Assembly (NCBI GenBank): GCA_963716145.1
Contig: OY970292.1
Span: 597,171 to 661,170, forward strand
DNA from: Candidatus Levyibacteriota bacterium
GTDB lineage: Bacteria; Patescibacteriota; Microgenomatia; Levybacterales; UBA12049
DNA: 64,000 nt
Direction of reading: 5' to 3'
The position numbers were made by a program, and so were the translations under genes. This document shows positions 1-10,521 of the stretch, piece after piece (within the stretch, counting starts at the first letter, position 1; the number at the start of each line of letters is the position of its first letter). The notes beneath the pieces are model-generated. The model saw only the letters and a program-made list of their open reading frames with translations. It was not told the DNA's origin and ran no database searches.

Positions 1-1179
1 GCCGGCGCAAACCCCATGATCTTTGCAACCAATAATACCGAGCGGATGAGAATTGACTCCGCTGGCAATGTAGGAATCGGGACGACAGCACCAACTCATC
101 CATTACATGTCGTAGGTACCGCGATAAAAACAGAGCGTTTTGGAGGTACTCCCCAATTTATAGCAAGCAGATCAAATGGCACTTCCGCATCTCCTACTAT
201 AGTTTCAAACGCTAGTACTCTCTTTGCCTTAACGGGTCAGGGATATGATGGAGCAAACTACCAAAATGCTGCACAAATTTTATTTGAAGTGGATAACACC
301 CCTGGGATAGGTGACATGCCGGGTCGTATAAGCTTCTTCACCACCCCGGATGGCAGTTCTACTCCTCTAGCAAGAATGAGAATAGACTCTAACGGCAATG
401 TGGGAATCGGCACCACAACCCCAACCAGTTTCAAACTTGAAATAGCCGGTAACATCGGCCCTGAGGCAGATAACACACGGGACTTGGGATCAGCAAGCAG
501 AAGATGGGCAAATATTTACGCAACAAATATCACAGGGGCTGTGACACCAACAGGATTTACTCAAGGATCAGTAGCCTTTGCAGGAAGCGGTGGCACCCTG
601 AGCCAGGACAATGCCAACTTCTTCTGGGATGATACGAATAATCATCTAAATATTGGTACTACCAATACTACTGCGGGGGGCAGCTTAATCTTTGGCGCAT
701 CTGTTGCAAATATTTCGATGGATACGGTGAACGGGGCGGATAACAAACGTCTTCAACTTAGTAGTGGTGGCAATGATGGTTCAGTTACTCGCGGAGCTTA
801 TATAAATCTTTTTGGCAATGAAACGGCTTCTCAGCCAGGCTATTTAAGCCTTTTAGCCGGTGAGGGTGGAGATATCACCTTCTATGCTCAGCCGGTTGGA
901 TCGTTACTAGAACGAGTAAGAATTACAAGCGCGGGCAATGTGGGGATTGGGACCACCTCCCCTGCTGCTGTCTTGCATACTGCCTCAGATACCAATGGCA
1001 GCGTCCTTTTTTCACAAGCAAGCAACGATGCCAGCACTGCAAATGTAATCATCCGGAAATCAAGAGGAACTCATGCCGTGCCGCTTGATGTACAAAGCTC
1101 AGACGCTTTGGCAATTTTTGGCGGGCCGGTTACACTGGCGGCTCTTCCTGCAAGCTGCTCAATTGAAGGTGGAGGTTGA
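1..1179 (+). CDS. Giant GNVGIGT-repeat surface fibre/adhesin A, segment 1 (5' end lies outside the window)
   Basis: Frame is open from base 1; ERMRI..GNVGIGTT repeats; continues in another frame after apparent indels near 1120-1145. Confidence 0.8.
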   Translation, partial: AGANPMIFATNNTERMRIDSAGNVGIGTTAPTHPLHVVGTAIKTERFGGTPQFIASRSNGTSASPTIVSNASTLFALTGQGYDGANYQNAAQILFEVDNTPGIGDMPGRISFFTTPDGSSTPLARMRIDSNGNVGIGTTTPTSFKLEIAGNIGPEADNTRDLGSASRRWANIYATNITGAVTPTGFTQGSVAFAGSGGTLSQDNANFFWDDTNNHLNIGTTNTTAGGSLIFGASVANISMDTVNGADNKRLQLSSGGNDGSVTRGAYINLFGNETASQPGYLSLLAGEGGDITFYAQPVGSLLERVRITSAGNVGIGTTSPAAVLHTASDTNGSVLFSQASNDASTANVIIRKSRGTHAVPLDVQSSDALAIFGGPVTLAALPASCSIEGGG

Positions 1180-4100
1180 CGGCGCATTTACTTCCGGAGT
1201 AAGACCACCGGGAAGAATCACATTCACTACCAGTAACAGCGCAGGCACATTAGCCGAGAAAATGAGAATCGACTCTACCGGCAATGTGGGCATTGGGACC
1301 ACTGCGCCAACGGCCCTGCTTCATCTGTTGACAACCGGTCCCACAGAAGCACGGCAAACAATTGAAAGTACGGGAGTCACAGGTCTGTCCACCTTGCACT
1401 TGCGTGCTGGTACAGATGACGTACAAGTCAGCTTAGATAGAGCAGGAAATTTATTCAGCATCACTAATTTAGCTACCGATCCTATTAATTATTTGTTTAA
1501 TGCAACAACAACCGGAACTGCAGGTAATCAGCTATATCTATCAACATCCGGTAATGTGGGAATCGGGACGACTACCCCAACCTCTTTCAAACTTGAAGTC
1601 GCAGGCAATATCGGACCTGAGGCTGATAATACAAGAGACTTAGGATCAGCTTCCCGCAGATGGGCGAATATTTATGGTACCAACTTTGTCGGAGCCATCA
1701 CCCCTACAGGCTTCACCCAAGGTTCAGTAGCCTTTGCAGGAAGCGGTGGCACCCTGACCCAAGACAATCCCAACTTTTTCTGGGATAATACTAATGATAG
1801 ATTGGGCATCGGTACGACCACTCCCGGTTCTCCGTTGAGCATCGCCAAGACCGGTATTTCCAGTTTGACTGCGCTCAACCTTGCTAATAATCAGGGAGGT
1901 TCAGGTGATACTATATCTATAGCAATGTCCAATGGCGGCGGTACCGGCGGACTTATCGGATACGAGCGCCAGGCAGCGGCATCGGGTGACTTTACTTTCT
2001 ATACCTCAGCAACCTTTGGGGGTGCCCTGGCCGAACGTATGCGCATCACCGCTGCAGGCAACGTGGGGATCGGGACGACGAGCCCAGCCACGGCATTACA
2101 TGTTGTAAATAATGTTAGAATTGAACGCTTTGGCAGTACACCAACACTGCAATTTAAACGGGCGAACGGAATAATTTCCTCGCCAACTGCACTAATTCTT
2201 GGAAATACAATTGCATCCTTTACGGCTCAGGGCTATGGTGATACAGGATATGGCGCGAACGTTACCGGTTCATTGATTTTTAAGGCAGCTGAAAACTTCA
2301 CTGATTCAGCACAGGGCACCTACTTTTATCTGGAAACAACCCCAAGTGGCAGCACTACTCCACTCGAAAGATTTCGCATTACCGACTCTGGCAACGTGGG
2401 TATTGGTACCACCACTCCAACCTCTTTCAAACTCGAAATAGCAGGCAATGTAGGGCCTGAGGCAGATAACACCAGAGATCTAGGAAGTGCTTCAAGACGA
2501 TGGGCTAATATATATGGCACCAACTTTGTCGGAGCTATCACTCCCTCAGGTTTTACCCAGGGTAGTGTTGCTTTTGCAGGAAGCGGAGGAACATTGACCC
2601 AAGACAATGCCAACTTCTTCTTCGATGATACGAATAACAGACTGGGGATTGGGACGACAGGGCCTACACGTGATCTCACTTTTGGAGCAACCAATTCGGG
2701 TATTTCGCTTGATACGGTTGACGGAACAGATAATAAGCGGTTGCAGATTATGGGAGGAGGAGATTCTACCTATCTCCGTGGTGCCTATATTAACTTATTT
2801 GGTAATGAATACGCAGGTAGTGGCGGCAACATGAACCTTGTAACTGGTCAGACTGGTTTCTTTTCAGTCTTAACCGGTACAGGACCTCTAGAGCGGATGC
2901 GTATTCAAACAGATGGCAATGTAGGGATTGGGACGACTGCTCCGAATAGTCTCTTATCTGTAGGAGCAACCAATAATTTTCAGGTCGACTCATCCGGACG
3001 GGTAGGTGTCTTTGGCGCACCAACAACTAGTGCGGGGATTACAATTGCCGGAACCCATCCAGGAAACGCAACCACCCTACAAGGGGCATCCTTTGATCCA
3101 ACCTTCCCGGCAACCACCACAAGCTCTGCAAATATTTTGGACATCCGGGGTGTTACAGCAGCTGCTTCTTTTACCGTAGGTAACTGGAGGGGTATTAATA
3201 TCACTTCACCAGTTATAGGAGCTGGCTCAGCAATCACCACCGCAACCGGCATCTCGGTTGGGGCGATTACAACAGGAACCAACAATGCTGGTGTTGTGAT
3301 TGGTGAAGCAACCGGTACGAATCAAAGCAATTTGGTTATTGGGCAAACTACTATCCCCACAGGAACTTACTCTATTTACAACGCTTCAACAGACCAAAAC
3401 TACTTCGCGGGCAACGTGGGGATCGGCACCACTGCTCCAGATGATCTTTTACACTTGAGTAAAAGTGCTGTAAGCGGTGTATCTACACTACAGTTTTCAG
3501 CAGGTAACACTACTACGGTAGGAAATTTCTCATCCGGAAGAATTGCTTCAGGACACACAACTACAAATTATCTTGGAGCATACCTTGACCTGCAATACCC
3601 AACAGCTGAAGACACGTTCACCACGGGCCTGAGACTTATAAACGGTAATGTAGGCATTGGGACGACGGCGCCAAGTGTGAAATTGCAAGTGGTAGATGCC
3701 GCCGCATTCCCACAAATAATGGTTTCCGATTCAATTGCAGACTCTGTAAATAAAAATGGCTGGATCGGCGTCCCTCATTATCTTAACAGTGAAGAAGCTT
3801 TTGGATTCATTTCAGGACGAGTTACCAGCACGACAAATGTAGTGCGCATTGGCGGCTCTTCCTCTGCATTAAACGCCGCTACTGATATACAATTCTATAC
3901 TGCCGCAAATAATACCACTACTACGGGAAACTTGGTAATGCTTATTAACTCTGCAGGCAACGTGGGGATTGGGACGACTACCCCCGGAGACATTCTCCAT
4001 ATCAAAAAGGATCAGGGAGTATCCACAGCGGCAACAATTGAAAATGCCAACGCAGGTGCCGGAGTAGTCGCGGAATTTATCGCGCGCAATGGTACCGGGA

Positions 4101-6139
4101 TTTCCGATGGTTTGAGAATGGGAGCTACCGGTACAGGCTACACTACCTCGGGTGTATTTCTCCAGGACGGCGCATATATCGACGCGGAGACTGCGCTTTC
4201 AGGAGGGCTTGGGATAGCCACCCGCGCCAATGCTCCGATCATGTTCGCGACAAATGGTCAAACCAATGAACGGATGCGTATAGCCGCAGACGGTAACGTA
4301 GGTATCGGCACGACTTCCCCACTCGCTCTTTTTTCTGTCGGTTCAACGTCTCAATTCCAGGTCTCCTCAGCAGGTCTTGTCACTTATGTTGATGGTACTA
4401 CCAATACAGCAACACATGTTTGTAAGAATTCATCAGGACAACTGGCACCGTGTAATACAACCGGTACAGGTGCAGCATTTGTACAGGGTGGTAATTCATT
4501 TGGCGCTCTTGCAACACTAGGAACTAATGATGCATTTGGGCTTGCTTTTGAGACAAGCGGCACAGAAAAGGTACGGATTGACACAAATGGCAACGTTGGC
4601 ATTGGGACGGCGGGACCATTGGCTAAACTTGATGTTCAGGGAGCACCTTATGGAGGCGGTATATGGTCTAGCACATTAAGATTATTTGACACGACTTCGG
4701 CTACGACTGGTACTGGGGCAGGTATTGACTTGGCCGGTTATACAAATGGAACATCGTCAACAGTAGATTTTGGAGCTGGCATAAAAGCAGCAAAGAGCAA
4801 TAGCACGGCAGATAACTACTCATTTGACCTGGCATTTTGGACGAGAACAAATGGGAGTGTTCCCGCCGAAGCAATGAGAATACTTCATAACGGCAACGTG
4901 GGAATCGGGACGACTGCGCCAGGATACAAGCTGGAAGTCAATGGCACAGGTTTTTATAATGGCAAACTCGCAATAAATAACGCAAGCTTGGGCAGCAATT
5001 CATTGGATGTTTTCACGGCGGCCGCTGGAACAATAGCTGCATTCCAAAGCAATGGGACCTTGTCTAATGGGACGCAACTTATGAGTGTTACTCATAGCAA
5101 CGCGGCTACTGGTACGGTAGAGGGTTTTCGAGCTAGTCTAAATTCTACTGTTAATGGTAACATCAGCGTATATCAGTCTGGCGCTGGAACAGCGAACTTC
5201 AATGCATTAGCTTTGAGCACAGGCGACGCACAGTCAACATATGGTCTGAATGGAGGACAATCATGGGCCGTGGGTCTGGATAATTCGGATAGCGACAGCT
5301 TCAAGATAGCGGGATCCACGGCGCTTGGAACAAGCGACTATTTGACCATTCTAACGGGCGGCAATGTGGGGATTGGGACGACCAGTCCTCTTGCCGGATC
5401 CAAACTCGATGTGAATGGAGATGTGAACTTGAGTGGTTCTAACAGGAGTCTATTCTTCCGCCGGGCAGATGGTACAACCCTCTCTGGGACTATTACTACC
5501 GATGGCGCCTCACAATTTGGGATTAATGCTAACAACAGCAGCTTAAATCTTTTATCACGCGATGGGGTGGCTATTACTCAAACAGCAGCAGTTACCGGTA
5601 GTCCACGGGCTCTTATCCTCACAGGTGCATCCCACACAAGCCTTACTGCTTCTGTTGAAGCGCCGGATGTGTTGCTTAACCTTGCGCGGGTGGTACAATT
5701 TTCAACCGGTGCCTTGGCTACTCAAAGAGCAGTCAGAGTCGATGCCCCAGCCTATGCATTTGTCGGTGCCTCCACCATAACTGACGCCACAACCCTTGCA
5801 ATCTCGGGTGCGCCTATATCCAGCACCAATGCAACAATTAGCAATTCTTCTGCTCTGAGAATATCAGCAGGCGCAGTAGGCTCAGGTACAACAAATGCCT
5901 ATGGTCTGTATGTCGATGCACCAACTGGAGCCACCAATAATTATGCAGCAACATTTGCTACCGGCAACGTGGGCATCGGAACCACAGCGCCAGCTGCTAA
6001 ATTGGGTTTTGCGGCTAGTACCGCATCAACAGACGGGATAGATTTTGGAAATGATATCAAGCTTTATAGAGGGCCGGCGGAGCGCTTTATTTCACAGCAG
6101 GAGGTGCGTCTAATACTTTTAGAAGCGCTTCGTCCGTAG
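1073..6139 (+). CDS. Giant GNVGIGT-repeat surface fibre A, segment 2
   Basis: 1688-aa G/T/S-rich ORF with about 13 GNVGIGT motifs and repeated GPEADNTRDLGSASRRWANIY modules; sequence degenerates at apparent indels near 6070-6170. Confidence 0.85.
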   Translation: MPCRLMYKAQTLWQFLAGRLHWRLFLQAAQLKVEVDGAFTSGVRPPGRITFTTSNSAGTLAEKMRIDSTGNVGIGTTAPTALLHLLTTGPTEARQTIESTGVTGLSTLHLRAGTDDVQVSLDRAGNLFSITNLATDPINYLFNATTTGTAGNQLYLSTSGNVGIGTTTPTSFKLEVAGNIGPEADNTRDLGSASRRWANIYGTNFVGAITPTGFTQGSVAFAGSGGTLTQDNPNFFWDNTNDRLGIGTTTPGSPLSIAKTGISSLTALNLANNQGGSGDTISIAMSNGGGTGGLIGYERQAAASGDFTFYTSATFGGALAERMRITAAGNVGIGTTSPATALHVVNNVRIERFGSTPTLQFKRANGIISSPTALILGNTIASFTAQGYGDTGYGANVTGSLIFKAAENFTDSAQGTYFYLETTPSGSTTPLERFRITDSGNVGIGTTTPTSFKLEIAGNVGPEADNTRDLGSASRRWANIYGTNFVGAITPSGFTQGSVAFAGSGGTLTQDNANFFFDDTNNRLGIGTTGPTRDLTFGATNSGISLDTVDGTDNKRLQIMGGGDSTYLRGAYINLFGNEYAGSGGNMNLVTGQTGFFSVLTGTGPLERMRIQTDGNVGIGTTAPNSLLSVGATNNFQVDSSGRVGVFGAPTTSAGITIAGTHPGNATTLQGASFDPTFPATTTSSANILDIRGVTAAASFTVGNWRGINITSPVIGAGSAITTATGISVGAITTGTNNAGVVIGEATGTNQSNLVIGQTTIPTGTYSIYNASTDQNYFAGNVGIGTTAPDDLLHLSKSAVSGVSTLQFSAGNTTTVGNFSSGRIASGHTTTNYLGAYLDLQYPTAEDTFTTGLRLINGNVGIGTTAPSVKLQVVDAAAFPQIMVSDSIADSVNKNGWIGVPHYLNSEEAFGFISGRVTSTTNVVRIGGSSSALNAATDIQFYTAANNTTTTGNLVMLINSAGNVGIGTTTPGDILHIKKDQGVSTAATIENANAGAGVVAEFIARNGTGISDGLRMGATGTGYTTSGVFLQDGAYIDAETALSGGLGIATRANAPIMFATNGQTNERMRIAADGNVGIGTTSPLALFSVGSTSQFQVSSAGLVTYVDGTTNTATHVCKNSSGQLAPCNTTGTGAAFVQGGNSFGALATLGTNDAFGLAFETSGTEKVRIDTNGNVGIGTAGPLAKLDVQGAPYGGGIWSSTLRLFDTTSATTGTGAGIDLAGYTNGTSSTVDFGAGIKAAKSNSTADNYSFDLAFWTRTNGSVPAEAMRILHNGNVGIGTTAPGYKLEVNGTGFYNGKLAINNASLGSNSLDVFTAAAGTIAAFQSNGTLSNGTQLMSVTHSNAATGTVEGFRASLNSTVNGNISVYQSGAGTANFNALALSTGDAQSTYGLNGGQSWAVGLDNSDSDSFKIAGSTALGTSDYLTILTGGNVGIGTTSPLAGSKLDVNGDVNLSGSNRSLFFRRADGTTLSGTITTDGASQFGINANNSSLNLLSRDGVAITQTAAVTGSPRALILTGASHTSLTASVEAPDVLLNLARVVQFSTGALATQRAVRVDAPAYAFVGASTITDATTLAISGAPISSTNATISNSSALRISAGAVGSGTTNAYGLYVDAPTGATNNYAATFATGNVGIGTTAPAAKLGFAASTASTDGIDFGNDIKLYRGPAERFISQQEVRLILLEALRP

Positions 6140-6174
6140 GTTGGTTCTTTGATGAAAGCAATAGACGGGGTGGA

Positions 6175-7101
6175 GTGGGGCTAACAGGTGCCTTGGCCGG
6201 TACAGGTGCCAGTAACGCAACCTTCTCAGTCAGTGGAATTTCAAACCGCAATCTAATTGCCATTCAGGGAGTAGCCGGTCAAACTGCAGACCTTTTTGTG
6301 GTACAAAACAACACTCCAACAACACTATTTGATATCACAGCAGCCGGCAACGTGGGGATTGGCACCACAGGACCAGCTGCACTTCTACATGCGCTCATAA
6401 GTAACAGCGCAAATCCAGTGGCTCTTTTTGAAAGAACTACATCAAGCACCGGGTCATTGGGAATTAATTTCGGTTCCGGTATCTCAAGTTTTGCCAGCGT
6501 TAACGCAATCCGTTTCTCTACTGGCTCAACTGCCGGGACAGGCGGCACAGAACAACTGAGAATTGATACAACCGGCAACGTCGGTATCGGGACGACTGCA
6601 CCGCAGGCCAAACTTCATATTGATCAAGGTAATGTGATAATAGGCGCAGCCTCAGGTGGGACTCAAGATCTTATATTTCGTGAAGACACAACCAATTTAA
6701 TGGGATTTCGCTACCAAGGAGGTCAGTCAGGGAATCCATTAGATATCTATAACTTTCAGACTGCTGCAACACTTGTCAGGATCAAGGAGGATGGCAACGT
6801 TGGCATCGGGACGACTGCTCCCACCTACCGCTTGTCAACTCTCAATAGTGTCTCTACTGCAGGTTCAGCAGTCTCTGCTATCACCAACACCAATACCACA
6901 GACAGTGCCAATACAGTCACTTTGAGGTTAAATACCGGTGTCACATCAACTACTACAAACGCCCGATTCGTAACTTTCTATGCAGGATGCACCACAGAAA
7001 ACTGCGCCGGTACAGCTGTGGGGAACATCTCCATAAACAACGGCAATGTTGCCTACAACACAGGAGAGGGCCGACTTTGCCGAAAGAATGTCGGTTGGTG
7101 A
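6175..7101 (+). CDS. Giant surface fibre A, segment 3
   Basis: Three more GNVGIGTT motifs; shifts frame near 7065 into ADFAE. Confidence 0.8.
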   Translation: MGLTGALAGTGASNATFSVSGISNRNLIAIQGVAGQTADLFVVQNNTPTTLFDITAAGNVGIGTTGPAALLHALISNSANPVALFERTTSSTGSLGINFGSGISSFASVNAIRFSTGSTAGTGGTEQLRIDTTGNVGIGTTAPQAKLHIDQGNVIIGAASGGTQDLIFREDTTNLMGFRYQGGQSGNPLDIYNFQTAATLVRIKEDGNVGIGTTAPTYRLSTLNSVSTAGSAVSAITNTNTTDSANTVTLRLNTGVTSTTTNARFVTFYAGCTTENCAGTAVGNISINNGNVAYNTGEGRLCRKNVGW

Positions 7102-8389
7102 GTCAACGGAAGCAGGAGATGTGATTGGGGCTGGCTCCTCAGGCAATAGAAAATCACAATCCGGTGACCGGATAATTGGAGTAATTTCAGATAGCGCGGG
7201 CTTTATCGGAAACGATAAGGAAGGACTTGATAAAGCAACTCATCCTGTTGTCGGACTCCTGGGACAGATCCGGACCAAAGTCGCCACAGAATCAGGCACT
7301 ATCAAAAAGGGCGACTTCTTAAGCCTCTCAGCAACTGCCGGTGTTGCTAGGAAGGCAACTTCAGGGGGAGAAGTATTGGGAACAGCTCTAGAAGACTTTC
7401 CTTCGGCAGGCTCAGGACAAGTTGGGGGGGTGGGCAAAATAATGGTGTTGGTCCGCCCGGGCTGGTATATGCCTGATGTTGCTATGACGGATCAGGGACA
7501 GGTGAGCTCAACAAATGAATCTCAAATTGCTGATCTGGGCCTGCCTCTTATTGCTTCTCCCGCAAATAATAATCCTGCCTCCCCTGCCCCAAGCGGGTCG
7601 CTTTCCGATCTGGCAAACCGTGTAACAAAACTTGAAGAACGTGTCACTGCGAGCGGTAGCGCGGCAGTCTCTCCAGACCTGCCTGCCGGCGAGGCAGGGA
7701 TTGCTTCGTCGTCTGCAACTTCTCGCAATGACAATGAGATAGCTGACCTTAATTCTAAATTCTTAACTCTTAATTCTAAGATTGCCTCTCTTGAAGCTGA
7801 TCTAGCTCTATTTGCAAGCGGCTCAGCAGTTCTAAGCCAATCCCCCGCTGCTTCATCAGCTGCAGAACTTGGGCTTGATAAGCTTGATGCAAAAGATGTT
7901 GCTATTACCCGCACTCTCTCAGTTGGCGGAAGAACAACCTTGGGAGATGTTGGAATAACAGGAAAGATGAACATAGGTCTACTCTCAATTGAGGGACTGT
8001 CAGAAAATGGGTTTGCCACAATTAACACAACCTCAGGTCCTCTAAAACTTCAATCAGATTCCGTAAATGGAGTTGATATATTGAATGGAAAAGTAGTGAT
8101 ATCAACCAATGGAGATATTAAGACTCAGGGAGAAATTACTGTTAAGAAAGTAAATGTTGATACAGAAGATGTAGCGGGAGCGTCACTGGGAACAGCCACA
8201 ATAGTGGATGGCGAAACGATAGTTTCAGTTCAGACATCTGCCCTGACCGATAAATCTAAGGTCTTTGTGCAGGCAGTTGATAGTCCGGTAGCAACCGCTG
8301 TTAAGAAAACAGGCGCTGACACATTTGATATCAAAATACCGGCAGCAGTAAATAATGATCTAAGACTCAATTGGTGGATAGTTAATTAA
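7046..8389 (+). CDS. Giant surface fibre A, C-terminal segment (ADFAE..GD..GV..KGD..LG.ALE domain, coiled coil, terminal NWWIVN)
   Basis: Domain resembles C-terminal intramolecular-chaperone/peptidase G2-like regions of phage-type fibres (recognised by eye); contiguous with the upstream repeats. Confidence 0.8.
   Translation: MLPTTQERADFAERMSVGESTEAGDVIGAGSSGNRKSQSGDRIIGVISDSAGFIGNDKEGLDKATHPVVGLLGQIRTKVATESGTIKKGDFLSLSATAGVARKATSGGEVLGTALEDFPSAGSGQVGGVGKIMVLVRPGWYMPDVAMTDQGQVSSTNESQIADLGLPLIASPANNNPASPAPSGSLSDLANRVTKLEERVTASGSAAVSPDLPAGEAGIASSSATSRNDNEIADLNSKFLTLNSKIASLEADLALFASGSAVLSQSPAASSAAELGLDKLDAKDVAITRTLSVGGRTTLGDVGITGKMNIGLLSIEGLSENGFATINTTSGPLKLQSDSVNGVDILNGKVVISTNGDIKTQGEITVKKVNVDTEDVAGASLGTATIVDGETIVSVQTSALTDKSKVFVQAVDSPVATAVKKTGADTFDIKIPAAVNNDLRLNWWIVN
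7642..7733. repeat. Palindromic REP/RPE-like element with a nested second palindrome, inserted in frame
   Basis: Ends tgtcactgcgag (7642) and ctcgcaatgaca (7722-7733) are inverted repeats; nested cctgcctgccggcgaggcagg at about 7678-7698. Confidence 0.75.
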
Positions 8390-8428
8390 TTTGCAATTTA
8401 CAATTTATAATTTTCAATAAATAAATCA

Positions 8429-8806
8429 ATGAAACAAAAAACAAACATATATAATCTTGAGGATAGAACAGCCAAACTTGGAGAAGCAACAATCTTATTC
8501 TGTAAGAGCTTAAAATTGGATACGATTCTTGCTCCTCTAGTAAATCAATTAGTGAGATCAGCAACATCGGTTGGAGCGAATTATATGGAAGCTAACGGCG
8601 CAAGTTCTAGAAAGGATTTTCAAAACAAAATATTTATTTGCAAAAAGGAGTCTCAAGAAACCAAACATTGGTTGAGAATGATAGCCGTACATAGTCCTGA
8701 TAGGAAAGAAGAAATTAGAGTCTTGTGGAGCGAGACGCAGGAGCTAACTCTCATATTTCAAAAAATAAACACTTCTTTAAGAGAAAAATCTTTAAAAATT
8801 GAATAA
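8429..8806 (+). CDS. Four helix bundle protein (23S rRNA IVP / bAvd-like family)
   Basis: 125 aa with QLVRSATSVGANYMEA..SRKDF..KI.I..KE..ET.HWL family signature; AT-rich repeat flanks. Confidence 0.9.
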   Translation: MKQKTNIYNLEDRTAKLGEATILFCKSLKLDTILAPLVNQLVRSATSVGANYMEANGASSRKDFQNKIFICKKESQETKHWLRMIAVHSPDRKEEIRVLWSETQELTLIFQKINTSLREKSLKIE

Positions 8807-8851
8807 TTGTAAATTCAATGAAAACTGAAAATTAAAAATTGGAAATTAAAT

Positions 8852-9643
8852 ATGTTTAGTTTTATGAAAAAGCTTTTTAAAATATTTATTTATACAATAA
8901 TAATTGGGGCAATTTTGCCATTTTTTCTACCGCAAAAAGCGTCGGCTCAAATCTCCTCAATTGGAATTGCAACCTATCTCCCAATAAGTGATAAAAGTGT
9001 CGAAGACGGAGACATAATAGTAACAACAGAAAAAGGATACATTCTCAGCACCATTCCTTATGACTCAAGGATGACTGGGGTAGTCACTACCAATCCTGCT
9101 ATCTCCTTAAAAAATGACCAGAAAAAAGGTTTCCCAGTTATAGGATCAGGTACGGCATATGTAAAGGTTACGGGAACAAACGGCTCTCTTGCAAAAGGAG
9201 ACTTTATCACTTCCTCTCAAGTTCGAGGGACCGGAATGAAAGCCGAGGGAAGCGGATTTGTCTTGGGAAGTGCTCTTGAAAATGCCTCTTTTGCAAAAGA
9301 AGATGATATAAAAATCGTTCAGATTTTTATCAACCCGCACTTTGTACAATCCGGGCTTTCATTTAACAATTCTGTTCTTGATATTTTTAAAATAGGCAAG
9401 CTTGCTGCTTCCGAAAAACCAAGTAAGGCATTGCAGTACATAATTGCTGGCTTAATTACTCTTGTTACTTTCGGTGCAGGCTTAACCATCTTTGCAAAAA
9501 CCGTAAGTACAGGAATTGAGGCGATTGGCCGCAATCCTCTTGCCGGGCGAATGATCCAGCTTTCTATAGTGTTTAATATTTTTCTTATTATTGTGATAGT
9601 TACGGCAGGTACTGCACTTGCTTATCTTGTGATACGATTATAG
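8852..9643 (+). CDS. Exported-domain / ATP synthase subunit c-like hairpin fusion protein
   Basis: N-terminal signal peptide (..KASA-Q); beta domain similar to the fibre C-terminal domain; two C-terminal TM helices joined by GIEAIGRNPLA; occupies the atpE position. Confidence 0.75.
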   Translation: MFSFMKKLFKIFIYTIIIGAILPFFLPQKASAQISSIGIATYLPISDKSVEDGDIIVTTEKGYILSTIPYDSRMTGVVTTNPAISLKNDQKKGFPVIGSGTAYVKVTGTNGSLAKGDFITSSQVRGTGMKAEGSGFVLGSALENASFAKEDDIKIVQIFINPHFVQSGLSFNNSVLDIFKIGKLAASEKPSKALQYIIAGLITLVTFGAGLTIFAKTVSTGIEAIGRNPLAGRMIQLSIVFNIFLIIVIVTAGTALAYLVIRL

Positions 9644-9693
9644 TAGGACAATTTTCAATCAAATTACAATTACAAATTTTTTAAATAAAAATT

Positions 9694-10410
9694 ATGATAA
9701 TAGAATCTGGCTTAATACAAAATTTTCTACTTGCAGCTTCCTTCGCTGCTTTATTTGCAGCAATTACATTTATGTTTATGCGCGTATTTAAAAAAGAGGA
9801 TAAGCCCGACAAAACTGATATAAAACCCACTGAAAAACAAAGCCTTTCAACATATAAAAAAGTGCTTAGCACTGCGCATAAACATGCGAAAACTTTGCTT
9901 TTTGATACAACTGTTGAAGCTGTAAATATAATCGCGGGAACTAAACAAACCAACGAACATATGGAGGAACAGCTGGATAAAGTTCTCCAATCAGTGGCTG
10001 TCAAAGAAATTCACACTCTCAAAACCTCAACAGACTCATATGAAAATGATTACCAAAAGCAGCTACAAACTATCCAGGAACAGATGCATCAACAAACTCA
10101 GGAGGCTATAGAAAACACCAAAAAAAGCTATGAGGAAAAACTCGATAAGTTTACCAATGAACTTCTCAGAAACGGACTATCAACTCAGGAGCTGGTAGAC
10201 AAAAAGACATCAGAGTTACTCTCTGTTGCTGAAAAGGAAGTTGCCGAATATAAAAAAAACCAGCTTGCTAAAATAGATGATGAGGTCAAAAAAATGCTCG
10301 AAAAGGTTTATAGGGATGTTTTGAGAATTAGTATTCCTGAGAATATTCATCAGGATCTTATCATTAAAAGCCTTGAGGAAGCCAAACGGGATGGACTGTT
10401 TAAACTTTAA
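9694..10410 (+). CDS. atpF: F-type ATPase subunit b-like peripheral stalk protein
   Basis: Single N-terminal TM, long coiled coil, b-like C-terminus (EKVYRDVL..ENIHQDLIIKSLEE); lies before delta. Confidence 0.65.
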   Translation: MIIESGLIQNFLLAASFAALFAAITFMFMRVFKKEDKPDKTDIKPTEKQSLSTYKKVLSTAHKHAKTLLFDTTVEAVNIIAGTKQTNEHMEEQLDKVLQSVAVKEIHTLKTSTDSYENDYQKQLQTIQEQMHQQTQEAIENTKKSYEEKLDKFTNELLRNGLSTQELVDKKTSELLSVAEKEVAEYKKNQLAKIDDEVKKMLEKVYRDVLRISIPENIHQDLIIKSLEEAKRDGLFKL

Positions 10411-10517
10411 CAATTTTCAATTTGAAATTTACAATTTTCAATCAAATTACAATGACACAATTTTAAAATTTAAACATTAAAAATTCAATGAAAATTAAAA
10501 ACTGAAAATTAAAAATT
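10411..10517. repeat. AT-rich imperfect inverted repeat matching the four-helix-bundle flanks (empty site)
   Basis: aattttcaatttgaaatttacaattttcaat ... aaattcaatgaaaattaaaaactgaaaatt; near-copy at 13443-13545. Confidence 0.8.
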
Positions 10518-10521
10518 ATCT

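Noticed and set aside
1-8389. Prophage tail-fibre region
   Set aside because: No capsid, terminase, portal or integrase genes; the context is chromosomal housekeeping
8429-8806. Diversity-generating retroelement, because the protein is Avd-like
   Set aside because: No reverse transcriptase and no TR/VR pair with adenine-specific mismatches seen in the window
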